This document shows, piece by piece, positions 50,701-64,000 of a DNA stretch of 64,000 nt. The position numbers were made by a program, and so were the translations under genes. Numbering within the stretch: position 1 is the stretch's first letter; each line of letters begins with the position of its first letter. The stretch comes from Octopus sinensis (Eukaryota). The stretch spans positions 41,788,001 through 41,852,000 of the forward strand of contig NC_043015.1 of the NCBI RefSeq assembly GCF_006345805.1. The letters are read 5' to 3'. The notes below the pieces were generated by a model. The model saw only the letters and a program-made list of their open reading frames with translations, had not been told where the DNA came from and made no database searches.

Positions 50701-51382
50701 TATAAATATATCCTCCTTCTTCCCTTCCTTCCTGAGCGTCCAATAATACTATATTTGTTCCACGTCCTCGCATTGTTGTGTTTTCTCTGTGTTTTCATGT
50801 TGGACTAACTATTATATATGTATATGCATATATATATATATATATATATATCTATATATATATATATATATATTTCAGGCTATATATATTGACAGGTATG
50901 AATATATTTGCACATGTATTTATATATGTACAGAAATATGTAATATGGTCATATATATATATATGTGTGTGTGTGTATGTGTTTGCATGTATGCTTGTAG
51001 TATATCGCATGGCAGTCACATTCCATTAGATTTGAAAACCGTGGGCTGCAGTAGTAAAACATATTTCGTATTAGGATTTATTAGGACTAAAAGCTTTATA
51101 GAAGAATGCAGCGCTAAAATCTTGTTACTTAACAAGTAAAAGGGCTCGTTTAGCAGAATCGGTAGAGCGTTGGATTGAATTCGTGGTGTTATTTCATTAC
51201 GGACTCTTGCATTCTGATTTTAATCCGTCCAAGTTCGATTTGGCTCTTAGTCCCACAAATGTTGACTGAATGAATTTTTATGGAAGAACAGTGTTCAACT
51301 TATATACATACATATATACATACACATGTGTACATACATACACACATATAAATACATATATATATTTATATATGTATATGGA

Positions 51383-51418
<36 letters not shown>

Positions 51419-51946
51419 TGTATGTATATGTGTGTATGTATATATATGTATATATGCATATCATAGATGTACGGATATACAGAATATATTTATACATATA
51501 TATATGAATATACATACAGGCATATATATGTATGCATGTATGTATAAATATATATATATATATGTACAGACTCAGACTGGCACACACACACATACACACA
51601 CATGTACACACATGTATATACTGAAACCCCGTTAAATTGTGTTATCTTAAAAAGGAAATTCTATATATGCAGTTGGCAATTGTATTAAATTAACGACTGC
51701 CACGGCATATTTCGGCTGCCATCTTTTTATATTAGTGAAGTACTGTATACTCTGGTTATTCTAAGTGCTGCGCTCCCTCCACAAATGAGCAATTCAACCT
51801 AGATATTAATATTATTCAACACAATCTATATTTATAATGGGAAAAGCTTCCTAGCCCTAGCCTTGTTATGCAATATTTCGGCAGTTATTCTTAGTTAACA
51901 CTTCGTATATTACAGTGAGTCGTCTCGTGGTATGTACAAGGTGTAT

Positions 51947-52166
51947 AGGTGGCGATCTGGCAGAAACGTTAGCATGCTGGGCGAAATGATTAGCGGTATT
52001 TCGTTTGCCGTTACGTTCTGAGTTCAAATTCCGCCGAGGTCGACTTTGCCTTTCATCCTTTCGGGGGTCGATTAAATAAGTACCAGTTACGCTCTGATGT
52101 CGATATAATCGACTTAATCCGTTTGTCTGTCCTTGTTTGTCCTCTCTGTGTTTAGCCCCTTGTGGT
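51947..52166 (+). mobile_element. SINE family B1
   Basis: Matches the consensus. Confidence 0.88.
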
Positions 52167-52414
52167 ACAAGGTGGATATGTACAAGGTGGATAGAGGGAT
52201 AAATGGAGAATGATAAAAGGAAGTCGACGCGCACATAATATGTTATTCATTTTAACAAGCTTCTTTATGCAGTATATCTTTTCTTCCTACTATTGTGCAC
52301 TCGCTCTAACTACCTTTGTAATTTGTCAATATTTGAATATATTTAATCCCACTTCTCCCTGATTTTTTAAATTTATATTCTCTCGGCCATCTATTTACGA
52401 CTTACACTTTCTAA

Positions 52415-52640
52415 TTCTTGTATTTAGAAATGGTCATTTTGCCAGTTTAACCAATAAAAACACACGCACTATATATTTGGTGTTACTTTGCTTCAGCATT
52501 ATTTGATTTTTACATTAATCTTAATCTTATTTCGGCCAGAGTTCTTTCGTCACACCCCTGTGACATCATGAGTGGTCCTTTGCTTTCTTCTTTTTTATTT
52601 GTGTGTCCCTCCTTACTCACCGTCAGCCATGCAAAACAAA
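52415..52640 (-). mobile_element. PLE pseudo-LTR with mutated hammerhead (G5C)
   Basis: Reverse complement CCA-CUCAUGA-U-GUCACA(gggg)UGUGAC-GAAA-G(aa)C-UC-UGG. Homologous to 58140-58330. Confidence 0.7.
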
Positions 52641-54189
52641 TATATAAATGTAACTTTCTAATTCGTCTTCGCAATACCCTCTAATAAACACTGCATTTAA
52701 GTAGTGATAAAGATTACTGTGACTGGCTTTTTTATGTCAATAATTTTATTGCCTCGTTTAATTTACTTCAACCATCTTTTGACGCTTCACAACTACAATT
52801 GCTCTTTGTAACCAAGTTATAATAGAGTTACAACAGAAACAATTTTAAGAGAAGAAAGTTATTCTATATCATCGACCGTAGTAAATGTCTGGTACTTCGG
52901 AAGGATGAAAGCAATTCTGGCGTTGGCTCCATTGAACTCAGAAAATGAAGAGCCATAGAACATTCTTTCAGGAATGTTCTCCGATGCTCTACTGCTTCCG
53001 ATGCTCTGCTGCACATACGCTGATGTTTTAGGTCGATACTGTAGCCTCTTATCGGCCGACTAACAAGCTAGAGATAACAGTCAACTTTCTTAGAATACAA
53101 ACAAAAGACACACAACTTATTGGAGTCCGATACCTGTGAATAAATAAAAGAGGGAATGGTCACGAATGGAAGCCCTTTGATTATAGGCCTTCTTTGTCAA
53201 GGACGACAAGGTGTTAAACAACAACAACAACAACAATATCAAGAACAGAAGCAGCAGCAGCCAGTACTTGACATCTGTAATATTGATGTTATTTGCGTAC
53301 AAAAATATTAAATATTATTTAATTGTTGTGAAAGTGTGAACCCAATATTTTATATGTATAACTGATTATGGATTTCTTCGGGAAACCTCTCTCATATGTT
53401 CCCGGATATTGTCCAAGCAGGTAAGTTATCGTCACGAATAATCATGGATATCCGCTTGATTAACCTCTGTGAAAACCATTATATAGATTTATAACACTTT
53501 CGGAATCGCCCACACATTAATATCCGTGCGTTTGTATAGTTTCACGCTCCACACGGCCCTTCGCGTATGCAAAATACAAATTTTAATTTAACAAATTCGA
53601 TACGGTCGATTCTGTTGACTATAAACGTCAGCCTTGCTGTTCTGACAAACCTCTATTGTTCAGAGATTAATTGTTTCCTCTGGTTGTTGACGTAAACAAC
53701 AGTCGGACAGTGTATAGGTTTGTTGACTGGATCAATCATTCAATTCTGTTAGACTGATGTACAAAAAAAACAAAAGCCCGAAAAGCTTTCTAATTCGGTA
53801 CACCAGTCACAATTTAACAGCGATGTAGGAACAAAAGATATTTTCTGCTATATTTAAAATTTTGCCGAAATTTAATCGAAATTCATAGATGCGTCTTCGC
53901 AAGGAACCGGAACTATGTTGGACATTTCCATAGAAAAACCATCCCAGTAAATTAAAAATTTTCATGAAATATATTAAATGATGTTGGACCTAAATGCATA
54001 CAATATACAAAATGAAAACAGAATCGTGACAGCTAGAATTGTAAATCGGCTCAAATAGGATTTAGCTGAGGCTAAATTACAACAGACATCGTAAATTCAG
54101 TACAGAATGACAGCAATAACAAAGGCTATAGACGGATTATTTATATATAGTTTGATTTTAATTTTAATATCAAATACAATTACAGTAGT

Positions 54190-54920
54190 ATGCTGGCAGA
54201 ATCGTCAGCATGTCAGACAAAAGGCTTAGCGATATTTCGCCCATCTTTAGGGTTTTAGGTTCAAATTCCGCCGAGGTCGACTTTGCTTTTCACACTTTTG
54301 GGGTCGATAAAATAAGTACCAATTAAACACTGGAGTAGATGTAATCGACTTACCCACCTCCTCTGAACTTGCTCGCTTTGTGCCAAGATTTTAAACCAAT
54401 ATTATCATTTAGGCAATGAGCTGGCAGAATCGTTAATGCCATGGGCAAAATGCACAACGGCATTTCGTCCATTTTTATGTTCTGAGGAGGTCGTATTTGT
54501 CTTTCATTAATTCGTGGTTAATAAACTTAGCACCAATGAAGAACTAGGTCGAAGTAATCGGTGAGCCGTCTTACCTGTAATTGCTGGACAAAATTTGAAA
54601 CCAATATTAGATATAATTATAGACGTCAAATTTTAATAATAAGCTTTCCGGATTTAATATTAGATTCAAATTTTGACCCAAGGCCAGCAATTTAGGTGGA
54701 AAGGATAATTCGTTTAAATCGATGTCAGAACACAACTGGTACTTATTTTATAAGTCCCGAAAGAGATGAAAGGCAAAGTCGACTACGGCGGAATTTGAAC
54801 TCAGAACGTAAAGTCAAAGTCGACTACGGCGGAATTTGAACTCAGAACGTAAAGTCGGGAGTAATTCTTGTAAGCATTTTGACCGGCTCGCCAATGATTC
54901 TGCCAGGTGGCCACTTTTCC
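54190..54920. mobile_element. Cluster of diverged SINE B3 copies (+, +, -)
   Basis: B-type modules; the minus copy has an approximately 41-bp tandem duplication spanning the B-box (about 54775-54857). Confidence 0.65.
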
Positions 54921-55064
54921 TAGATTTAATCTTAAAATAGAATATGACTATAATGTTTCACAACATGAGCAAGAATTCAAGACTTCGTGGGAAAAGTATA
55001 GCTAGTTACATCGAAACTGGAACTTTGTTAATAACATATGTTTTAAATAGAGTCCACAAGATTA

Positions 55065-55225
55065 TGGAGCGGCTGTGTGGTAAGTAGCTTGCTTACGAAC
55101 CACATGGTTCCGGGTTCAGTCCCACTGTGTGACACCTTGGGCACGTGTCTTCTACTATAGCCTCGAGCCGACCAAAGCCTTGTGAGTGGATTTGGTAGAC
55201 GGAAACTGAAAGAAGCCCGTCGTAT
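55065..55225 (+). mobile_element. SINE family A 5' half
   Basis: Head and CORE-like box. Confidence 0.88.
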
Positions 55226-55279
55226 ATATGTATATACAATCCAAAAAAGAATACTCACCAAAACAAAACAAAAAAGCTA

Positions 55280-55709
55280 ATTGTGTTTGCTTGGATGTTT
55301 AGCGCCGGTTTCATCCACTACGGCTTCATGAAACCTGCTAAGTCAATTACAGCGGATGTATACATCAACCAATTGTATAAAATGAGCTTGCAATTCAACA
55401 ACCGAGGTTGGTCAAGTGAGTGCTCGACCACATTTTGCACAAAGAATGCTACTCATGTTATAGGAACTGAACTTGGAAATACACTGCCATCCACCATATT
55501 CATCAGACCTTGCTCCAACTGACTACCATGTTTTCCAGGCATTAGATAATAATTTGCAAAGAAAAATCTTCAAAACTGAAGAAGATACAAAAACAGTTTT
55601 TCGTGATTTCATCACCTCTTGCTCTCCAAAATTCTTTGCTGCCGACATAAATAAGCTGCCGATAAAATGGCAAAATTGTGTTGATCATTTAGGAGCATAT
55701 TTCGATTAA
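55280..55709 (+). mobile_element. Mariner transposase 3' fragment
   Basis: HPPYSSDLAPTDYHVFQALDNNL...KLPIKWQNCVDHLGAYFD*. Confidence 0.88.
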
Positions 55710-55752
55710 CTGCATTGTTAAGGTCACTATAGTAGAAGACATTACCCAAAAT

Positions 55753-56488
<736 letters not shown>

Positions 56489-56808
56489 CATTACCCAAAA
56501 TGTCTAGCAGTGGGCCTGAACCCAGCATCAGGTAGTTTCAAAATGCTCTTCTTAGCCACTTTGTAATTATAATATGCAATGGCAATATACTTCTCGAACA
56601 TGATGTTAAAATTCTATTAAAATCACTATATAAATAGCAATAATTTATCTCTGCAAATTTGACATTTAATCCGTTTAATGCTTTCTGGATTCATTCATTT
56701 AGTGCTGAGTCCTTGACCGTAGACTAAAAGCGACGGGTTAAACCTATAAACCATTGGCCATTTGGTCATGTCATTACACTTAATAACAATACTATACATG
56801 CATGTATA

Positions 56809-56882
<74 letters not shown>

Positions 56883-57699
56883 TGTAATAATATATATTAT
56901 TATATATATATATATATATGTATGTATATATTATAATATATATATATATATATATGTATGTATATATATATATATATATATATACATATATACATATATA
57001 TATATACACATATATATATATATGTATAATATATAGATACATACATGCATATATATACTTACATATATTTATACATACATATAGATAGGTATATACATAT
57101 ACACATATAGACATATATATAAATATATATATATATTTATATATGTGTGTGTATATATATACATACATATGCATATTTACATATGCACATATATATATAT
57201 ACATATAAATACCTATATACATATGCACAAATATATATATATATATATGTATACATATGCATATATATATATACATATATATATGTATGTACACATACGC
57301 AAACACATTTATACATATTTGTATCAGAACTCACACACATATATATATATGCCTGCATGTATGTATGTATGTAGATAGGTAGTGTGGTAGGTAGGTAGAT
57401 ATGTATGTATGTACGTAGTATGTATGTATGTATGTATGTATGTATGTATGTATGTATGTATGTATGTACGTACTACGTATTTATGTATGTGTGTATGTAT
57501 GTAACACAAATAACACAAATCAAATCTACTGAAACGCGCAGAAATTATAGCAATGATAGTGTGTGCCACAAGACCATTCTGGCAAATGCCGCTCTGAACA
57601 TACCCACTATAACGAAACTTTCCAAATATTAACTTGAATATTACCAAAACCCATACAAGATATTTCTATCATGAATAGAACACCATCACACAAACACAC

Positions 57700-57733
<34 letters not shown>

Positions 57734-57744
57734 ACACACACACA

Positions 57745-57781
<37 letters not shown>

Positions 57782-58260
57782 GCACACACACACACAACGT
57801 GGGTTGGATTCACAACCTCTAGCTTTCTTGGAGTTAAATAATAATTAAATGAGGACTATCTATTATTAATACTTGTATAAACTATCTCTGCATTATTTAT
57901 AACATTGCTTATGAGAGTGAGTGCCTTTGAGTATGGTATAGTGGACCCTCAAAATGAATACTGCTGGAAAAGTGGAGTTGATAAAGATGGACTCGTCACT
58001 GAAGGACATACCTATCCCACCTAAAGACATATATATTTAACATAATATAATGTCTAAAATTTGATGAACCACCTATTGATCACCTCCATTTTCTTATTGT
58101 TATATATATATAGCACTCCCCCACTCACACACACACTAACTAAACATAGACACACATAGATGTATACGCATGCGCAAATAAAGACACGTACAATAGGAAT
58201 ACAAAATGGCTGACCGTCAGTAAGGTGAGACACACAAATAAGAAAGAAGAAGGCAAATGA

Positions 58261-58300
58261 CCACTGATGAGATCACAGGAGTGTGACGAAAGAACTCTGG
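58261..58300 (+). ncRNA. Minimal hammerhead ribozyme motif in a PLE pseudo-LTR
   Basis: CCA-CUGAUGA-G-a-UCACA(ggag)UGUGA-C-GAAA-G(aa)C-UC-UGG: the core is intact. Confidence 0.7.
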
Positions 58301-58419
58301 CCGAAATAAGATAAAGATTAATGCAAAAATATATATTTATGTATGTATGTTGTATATATTTATGTATGTATGTATGTATGTATGTAAGTATGTATATATA
58401 GCATATTATACATATATAT

Positions 58420-58514
58420 ATATAATATACGAGCAAAACGCCCCCCGTCCAATGGACGGTGCAGAAATCATATCTGCTGAATAAAAAACAATCAAACGGA
58501 TTATATATATAGAT

Positions 58515-58610
<96 letters not shown>

Positions 58611-58713
58611 ATATACGAGCAAAACGCCCCCCCGTCCAATGGACGGTGCAGAAATCATATCTGCTGAATAAAAAACAATCAACGGATTTAATATAGATTA
58701 TACACACACACAC

Positions 58714-58740
<27 letters not shown>
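58420..58740. repeat. About 185-bp tandem duplication including microsatellites
   Basis: ATACGAGCAAAACGCCCCCC GTCCAATGGACGGTGCAG... occurs twice. Confidence 0.85.
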
Positions 58741-58770
<30 letters not shown>

Positions 58771-59632
58771 CTTATATATATATATAGTATATCATATAGA
58801 CACACACCACAGAGGGACACACACACATATAGATATATATGCGCACTTTTACATATAGATATAAACATACAGATATAGATTATGCGTATAAGTTTATATA
58901 AGTGTGTACACTTAGATGCACATACTATTTTATTTTAAATATTCCTGTATCTTCCTGTTTGTCTTTTCGCTCTACTAGTTGGGCATATATAATTTGTGTC
59001 GGTAATTTTCTTTATTTTTTTATTGTATAAGATAAGTTTTTTCGTGTAAATATAATTTCAAGTAAAGATAGCAATAAAGAAATGAAATATAATTTTATTA
59101 TTTGAAAAAAAATAATAAAAATACACAGGATTTGTTCATCCGACTGTATTGTATATAGAATAAAAACTCATAAAAAATATTTTTCATATTTAAATGAAAA
59201 ACTTATTAGCATGTATTCGTTTAGCAAAGATGTCAAGTGGCAGACGAAGTTAAAAGATTAATAAGTCAAAACGAGTTTGAAGATTTTAAGCGCGACCAAA
59301 TATCTTGGGGGGGGTGAGATGTAGTGTGTGTGAATACATGTGTGGAAAGCACCCGTGTACACACTGTACCTGCGTGTATGAAGAAGGCATACGTGTTGTC
59401 TGTGTGATTAAGTGTGCGTGTGTTTGGGTGATTGCATCTGTGTGTATGTGAGCGTTGATTTTCATTTTGAGCGACTTCAATATCAAATGTTTCGTTATCT
59501 CGGATGTATCAGCTCCAATGTCTTTTTCTAGTTATTTATATTTCTGTTTTCGCTATTGGTGTGGTTTTTATTTGTTTTTTTTTTGGTTTCATATTTTAAT
59601 CTCTGTATTTAATTATTTATTTATTCCTCTCT

Positions 59633-59667
<35 letters not shown>

Positions 59668-59715
59668 TTAACTTTTCTAAATCGTTGACCAACTTTTATT
59701 TTTGGTGTAGGCAAT

Positions 59716-60343
59716 GCAGTGAGCTGGCAGAAACGTTAGCACGCCGGGCGAAATGCTTAGCGGTATTTCGTCTGCCGTTATGTTGTGAGTTCAAATTCCG
59801 CCGGGGTCGACTTTACCTTTCATCCTTTCGGGGTCGATAAATTAAGTACCAGTTACGCACTGGGGTCGATGTAATCGACTTAATCCGTTTTTCTGTCCTT
59901 GTTTGTCCCCTCTATGTTTGGCCTCTTGTGGGTAATAAAGAAATAGGTATTTCGTCTGCTACTACGTTCTGACTTCAAATTCCGCCGAGGTCGACTTAGC
60001 CTTTCATCCTTTCGGGGTCGATTAAATAAGTAACAGTTACTGGGTTCGATATAATCGACTTAATACGTCTGCCTGTCCTTGTTCGTCTCCTCTGTGTTTA
60101 GCCCCTCGTGAGTAGTAAAGAAATAGGTATTTCGTATGCCGTTACGTTTTGAGTTCAAATTCCGCCGAAGTCGACTTTGCCTTTCATTCTTTCGGGGTCG
60201 ATTAAATAAGTACCAGTTACGCACTGGGGTCGATATAATCGACTTAACCCGTTTGTCTGTCCTTGTTTGTCCCCTCTGTGTGTAGCCCCTTGTGGGCAAA
60301 TAAAGAGATAAGAATGCTAGTACGCCGGGCGAAATGCTTAGCG
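59716..60343 (+). mobile_element. Head-to-tail array of three SINE B1 units plus the start of a fourth
   Basis: Junctions AAAGAAATA|GGTATTTCGT at about 59945 and 60125; units are about 180-185 bp. Confidence 0.9.
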
Positions 60344-60604
60344 GGTGTGTGAGTCTGCGGAATATCCAGCCACTTATATGTCAATTCTGGAACAGGAAAT
60401 TCAGTTGATCGAATGATTAAATCCTCCTCGGCAACTGACGGAAATCCATCACCAGAATAGTTCTTGTTGTCATTAATTTTATTGTTTTTGTGATTGTTGC
60501 TGTCGTTGTTTCTATTTTATTGTTGTTGTTGTTTATTGTATTTTTTTTTGTTAAGATTTTCACGAATCCGTCTACGATTGTCAAAAGTTCTTTTCACTAC
60601 GTTG

Positions 60605-61095
60605 TTGTTATTCTTGATGATGATAATGATGATGATGATGATGATGACGACGATGACAATAATGATAATAATGGTGATGATTGATGATGGAGACGATGAT
60701 GATGATGACAATGACGACGATGATAATGATGATATCGATGACGATGATGATGGTGACGATGACGATGATGATGACGACGTCGACTATGATGATGATGATG
60801 ACGATGCTGACGACAATGATGATGCCAGTAATGATGACAATAATGATGATGATGACGATGATGACGACGACGATGATGATGATGATGATGACGATGATGA
60901 CAACGATGACGATGACGGCGATGATGATGACGTTGATGACGACGACGACGATGATGGTGACGATGATGACGATGATGATGATGATGATGATGATGATGAC
61001 GACGACGATGACAATAATAATAATAATGGTGATGATTGATGATGGAGACGATGATGATGATGATGACAATGACGACGATGATAATGATGATATCG
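60605..61095. repeat. Cryptic (GAT/GAC/AAT)n simple repeat with an internal approximately 85-bp duplication
   Basis: Direct reading; the poly-Asp/Met/His ORFs derive from it. Confidence 0.9.
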
Positions 61096-61455
61096 AAATG
61101 CTGTGCTCCAGCATGGCCGCAGTCAAATGACTGAAACAAGTAAATGACTAAATGATTAAATGACAGTCACATTTGCTAAATATTATGACGAGTGTTTGAT
61201 GGATTCAAAGTCTTTCACAATGGAGCCGTTCTGCATAACAATAAGTCCTAGGTGCCAACAGATGGTTTATCAATAAACAGCAAACAATGATGCTTAATGA
61301 ATAATAGAGAAAAACAGATCAGAGAATTGATTAAGGACAATAATATGACAAGTTCTATATATTAATAATAAGTTCCCATCCACCTTTTGTGTAACTGAAA
61401 TGGAAGTGACTTAAATATAGAAAAGATAGTAGTTATGGTGATAGAGTTGACGAAG

Positions 61456-61841
61456 TGGAGGCGCAATGGCCCAGTGGTTTGGGCAGCGGACTCGCGGTCA
61501 TATGATCGCGGTTTCGATTCCCAGACCGGGCGTTGTGAGTGTTTATTGAGCGAAAACACCTAAAAGCTCCATGAGGCTCCGGCAGGGGATGGTGGTGATC
61601 CCTGCTGTACTCTTTCACCACAACTCTATCTCACTCATTCTTCCTGTTTCTGTTGTACCTGTATTTCAAGGGGCCGGCCTTATCACTCTCTGTGTCACGC
61701 TGAACCTCCCCCGAGAACTACGTTAAGGGTGCACGTGTCTGTGGAGTGCTCAGCCACTTACACGTTAATTTCACGAGCAGGCTGTTCCGTTGATTCGGAT
61801 CAACCGGAACCCTCGTCGTCGTAACCGACGGAGTGCTTCCA
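61456..61841 (+). mobile_element. Full-length SINE family D with 13-bp TSD AGAGTTGACGAAG
   Basis: TSD at 61443-61455 and 61845-61857. Confidence 0.92.
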
Positions 61842-62273
61842 TCCAGAGTTGACGAAGGCGGCCATGAGATGGTGGAGTTTATATGTTGGGGGGGGGGAGA
61901 ATACAGGGGGACGAAAGGAGCGAGAGAAAGAAAAGTAGTAAAATATACATAGATGGAAAAAAATGATGAAATAGAAACTTTCGATAGGTAATAGTATATT
62001 ATGGTAACAGAAATGATGATGGTAAGAATATTGAAACGTCAAAAAGTAGGAGAGAAAAGAGAAAGAGAATAAGATAAAGATAGCTCGCATCCGTAATAGG
62101 AGAAAGAGTGAGAGGCAGAGACAGAGAAGACAGGGAGAGAGGAAGGAAAAGTAAGTAGGAAAGTTTCTTATTTTATATATTCTAATAATTTGGCTTTGGT
62201 TTAAAAAAGATAGGTTAAAGAAATGTATATTCAGTAAATAAATATATATTTACTAAATAATATTTAGTAAACG

Positions 62274-62654
62274 TGGAAGCACTCCGTCGGTTACGACGAC
62301 GAGGGTTCCGGTTGATCCGACCAACGGAACAGCCTGCTCGTGAAATTAACGTGTAAGTGGCTGAGCACTCCACAGACACGTGTACCCTTAACGTAGTTCT
62401 CGGGGATATTCAGCGTGACAGAGAGAGTGACAAGGCCGGCCCTTTGAAATACAGGTACAGCAGAAGCAGGAAGTAAGAGTGAGAGAAAGTTGTGGTGAAA
62501 GAGTACGGCAGGGATCACCACCGTCCCCTGCCGGAGCCTCGTGGAGCTTTTAGGTGTTTTCGCTCAATAAACACTCACAACGCCCGGTCTTGGAATCGAA
62601 ACCGCGACTCTAGGACCGCGAGTCCTAACCGTTGGGCCCGTTGCGCCTCAATAT

Positions 62655-62690
<36 letters not shown>

Positions 62691-62834
62691 CACATGTGTG
62701 TGCATATGCCGGAGCCTCGTTGAGCTTTAGGTGTTTTCGTTCAATAAATACTCACAACGCCCGGTCTGGAAATCGACACCGCGATCCTACGACCGCGAGT
62801 CCGCTGCCCTAACCACTGGGCCATTGCGCCTCCA
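62274..62834 (-). mobile_element. SINE family D with duplicated head separated by (TA)n
   Basis: ATTTAGTAAA flanks the whole composite; two head copies end at about 62649 and 62834. Confidence 0.85.
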
Positions 62835-62994
62835 TTTAGTAAATAACATATAATTGTAATATGTTTTGTCTCACTTCATCCTTTGAAAAATATTCTTGGC
62901 AAAGACACTAATCAAATAACAATAAATTTAATAACATAATGAGTGAACCATCTCGATCAGCTTGCTGTGCTATCTGATCGTCTGCTGACTGTAA

Positions 62995-63280
62995 TTAATT
63001 TGGCTTGTTGCGATTGAATTTTTCATATAGTTTTGCTAGTAATTCAGACGGAACTCCGGGAATATTTTCATCAACGTGCGCTTGTTTCATTCGTAGTATA
63101 TGGGGATTTAGGAAAGCGAAGCTGTAATGCTTGAAAAGGTTGCTTATTTGTTGTTGCTGCCTATTTTTAATCAGTTGACGTATTTGTTCGTATTGGATCA
63201 TTACGTGTTTGGTCGGCTCACTAGGTGTACTATCATGCACAAGCAACGTCTCGTTAACGGGGAGGCTGTGACCGAAGGAA
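62995..63280 (-). CDS. Possible coding exon of unknown protein
   Basis: Non-repetitive open frame (113 aa from the ATG at 63336), acceptor-like cactaaaagaaaattttgtgtccag|T, and ATTAAA about 65 nt after the stop. No family recognised. Confidence 0.3.
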
Positions 63281-63456
63281 CTGGACACAAAATTTTCTTT
63301 TAGTGACGTTTGAAAGAAAGTGTGGCGCTCATTCATATATGTTGTATAGGATATACTTACTTATTAAAACTGAACGCAAGTTTTATATCACTAGTGCGCG
63401 CCTAATGATCGCACTAGCGTGAAACTCGACTAGCGAGCAATTCCAATTTCAATTGT

Positions 63457-63508
<52 letters not shown>

Positions 63509-63596
63509 GTATATATACATATATACATACATATATATATATACATATATATAATACATATATACATCTATATATGTATATCTATATACATACACT

Positions 63597-63630
<34 letters not shown>

Positions 63631-64000
63631 CATCTATATATATACATATATATACATATATATACATATATACATACATATATATATATATACATATATA
63701 TAATATACATATATACATCTATATATGTATATCTATATACATACATATATATACATCTATATATATACATCTATATATATACATATATATATATACACAT
63801 ATACATATATATGTACGTACACACATATGTATATATACATATATATATATACATATATAAGTACAGTACGTCACAAAATGTAAACGAAAGGATTGCGAAC
63901 TACGAAAACATGAAATACGACGGCAAACATGGGGATGAAAAAGCTAGAGATGCAAATGGAAAACAAAATAAATAACATAAAGTATGAGCTTTCATCAGTT

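Noticed and set aside
53117-53302. ORF with a long hydrophobic stretch like a signal peptide
   Set aside because: The Leu run comes from (TTG)n/(CTG)n microsatellites, and the frame stops shortly after with no usable donor.
59716-60343. Regularly spaced repeats resembling a CRISPR array
   Set aside because: Units are about 180-bp whole SINE bodies with no unique spacers, in a eukaryotic context with no cas genes.
60494-61139. Poly-Asp, poly-Met and poly-His ORFs up to 181 aa, resembling an acidic biomineral or His-rich protein
   Set aside because: All frames on both strands are open because the region is a (GAT/GAC)n repeat. There are no splice signals or signal peptide, and it ends in a SINE A tail.

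Overview
Eukaryotic, AT-rich, repeat-saturated genomic DNA. The SINE families and the extreme (TA)n/(TG)n/(GATA)n/(TATG)n/(AAT)n load point to an octopus (coleoid cephalopod) genome; this is an inference from pattern recognition, not a database result. Most of the window is tRNA-derived SINEs (four families, labelled A-D here), decayed mariner and maT/Tc1 transposase fragments, CR1/L2-, RTE- and R4/Dong-type LINE remnants, Penelope-like element (PLE) fragments, a Helentron/DINE-1-like element, MITEs and microsatellites. There is one 100-N gap at 41560-41659. Almost all ORFs in the supplied track are microsatellite artefacts or TE fragments. The best host-gene signal is a minus-strand terminal exon (28531->28353) with a strong acceptor. 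It encodes a prohormone-like C-terminus: ...KRRR-TNEINYMTNAFVPVV-KRR-WSAVRMLADSCCRSNCDIFKICP*. This resembles an insulin-family A chain but with a shortened CC-x3-C-x5-C spacing, the same spacing as alpha3/5 conotoxins. Candidate upstream exons are phase-compatible but unproven. Other notable signals are several PLE-type hammerhead ribozyme motifs (one with a fully canonical core at 34823-34911), fold-back PLE insertions, a SINE that inserts at GGTA and into its own copies, and a 1-kb inverted-plus-tandem triplication that may be a long-read artefact.
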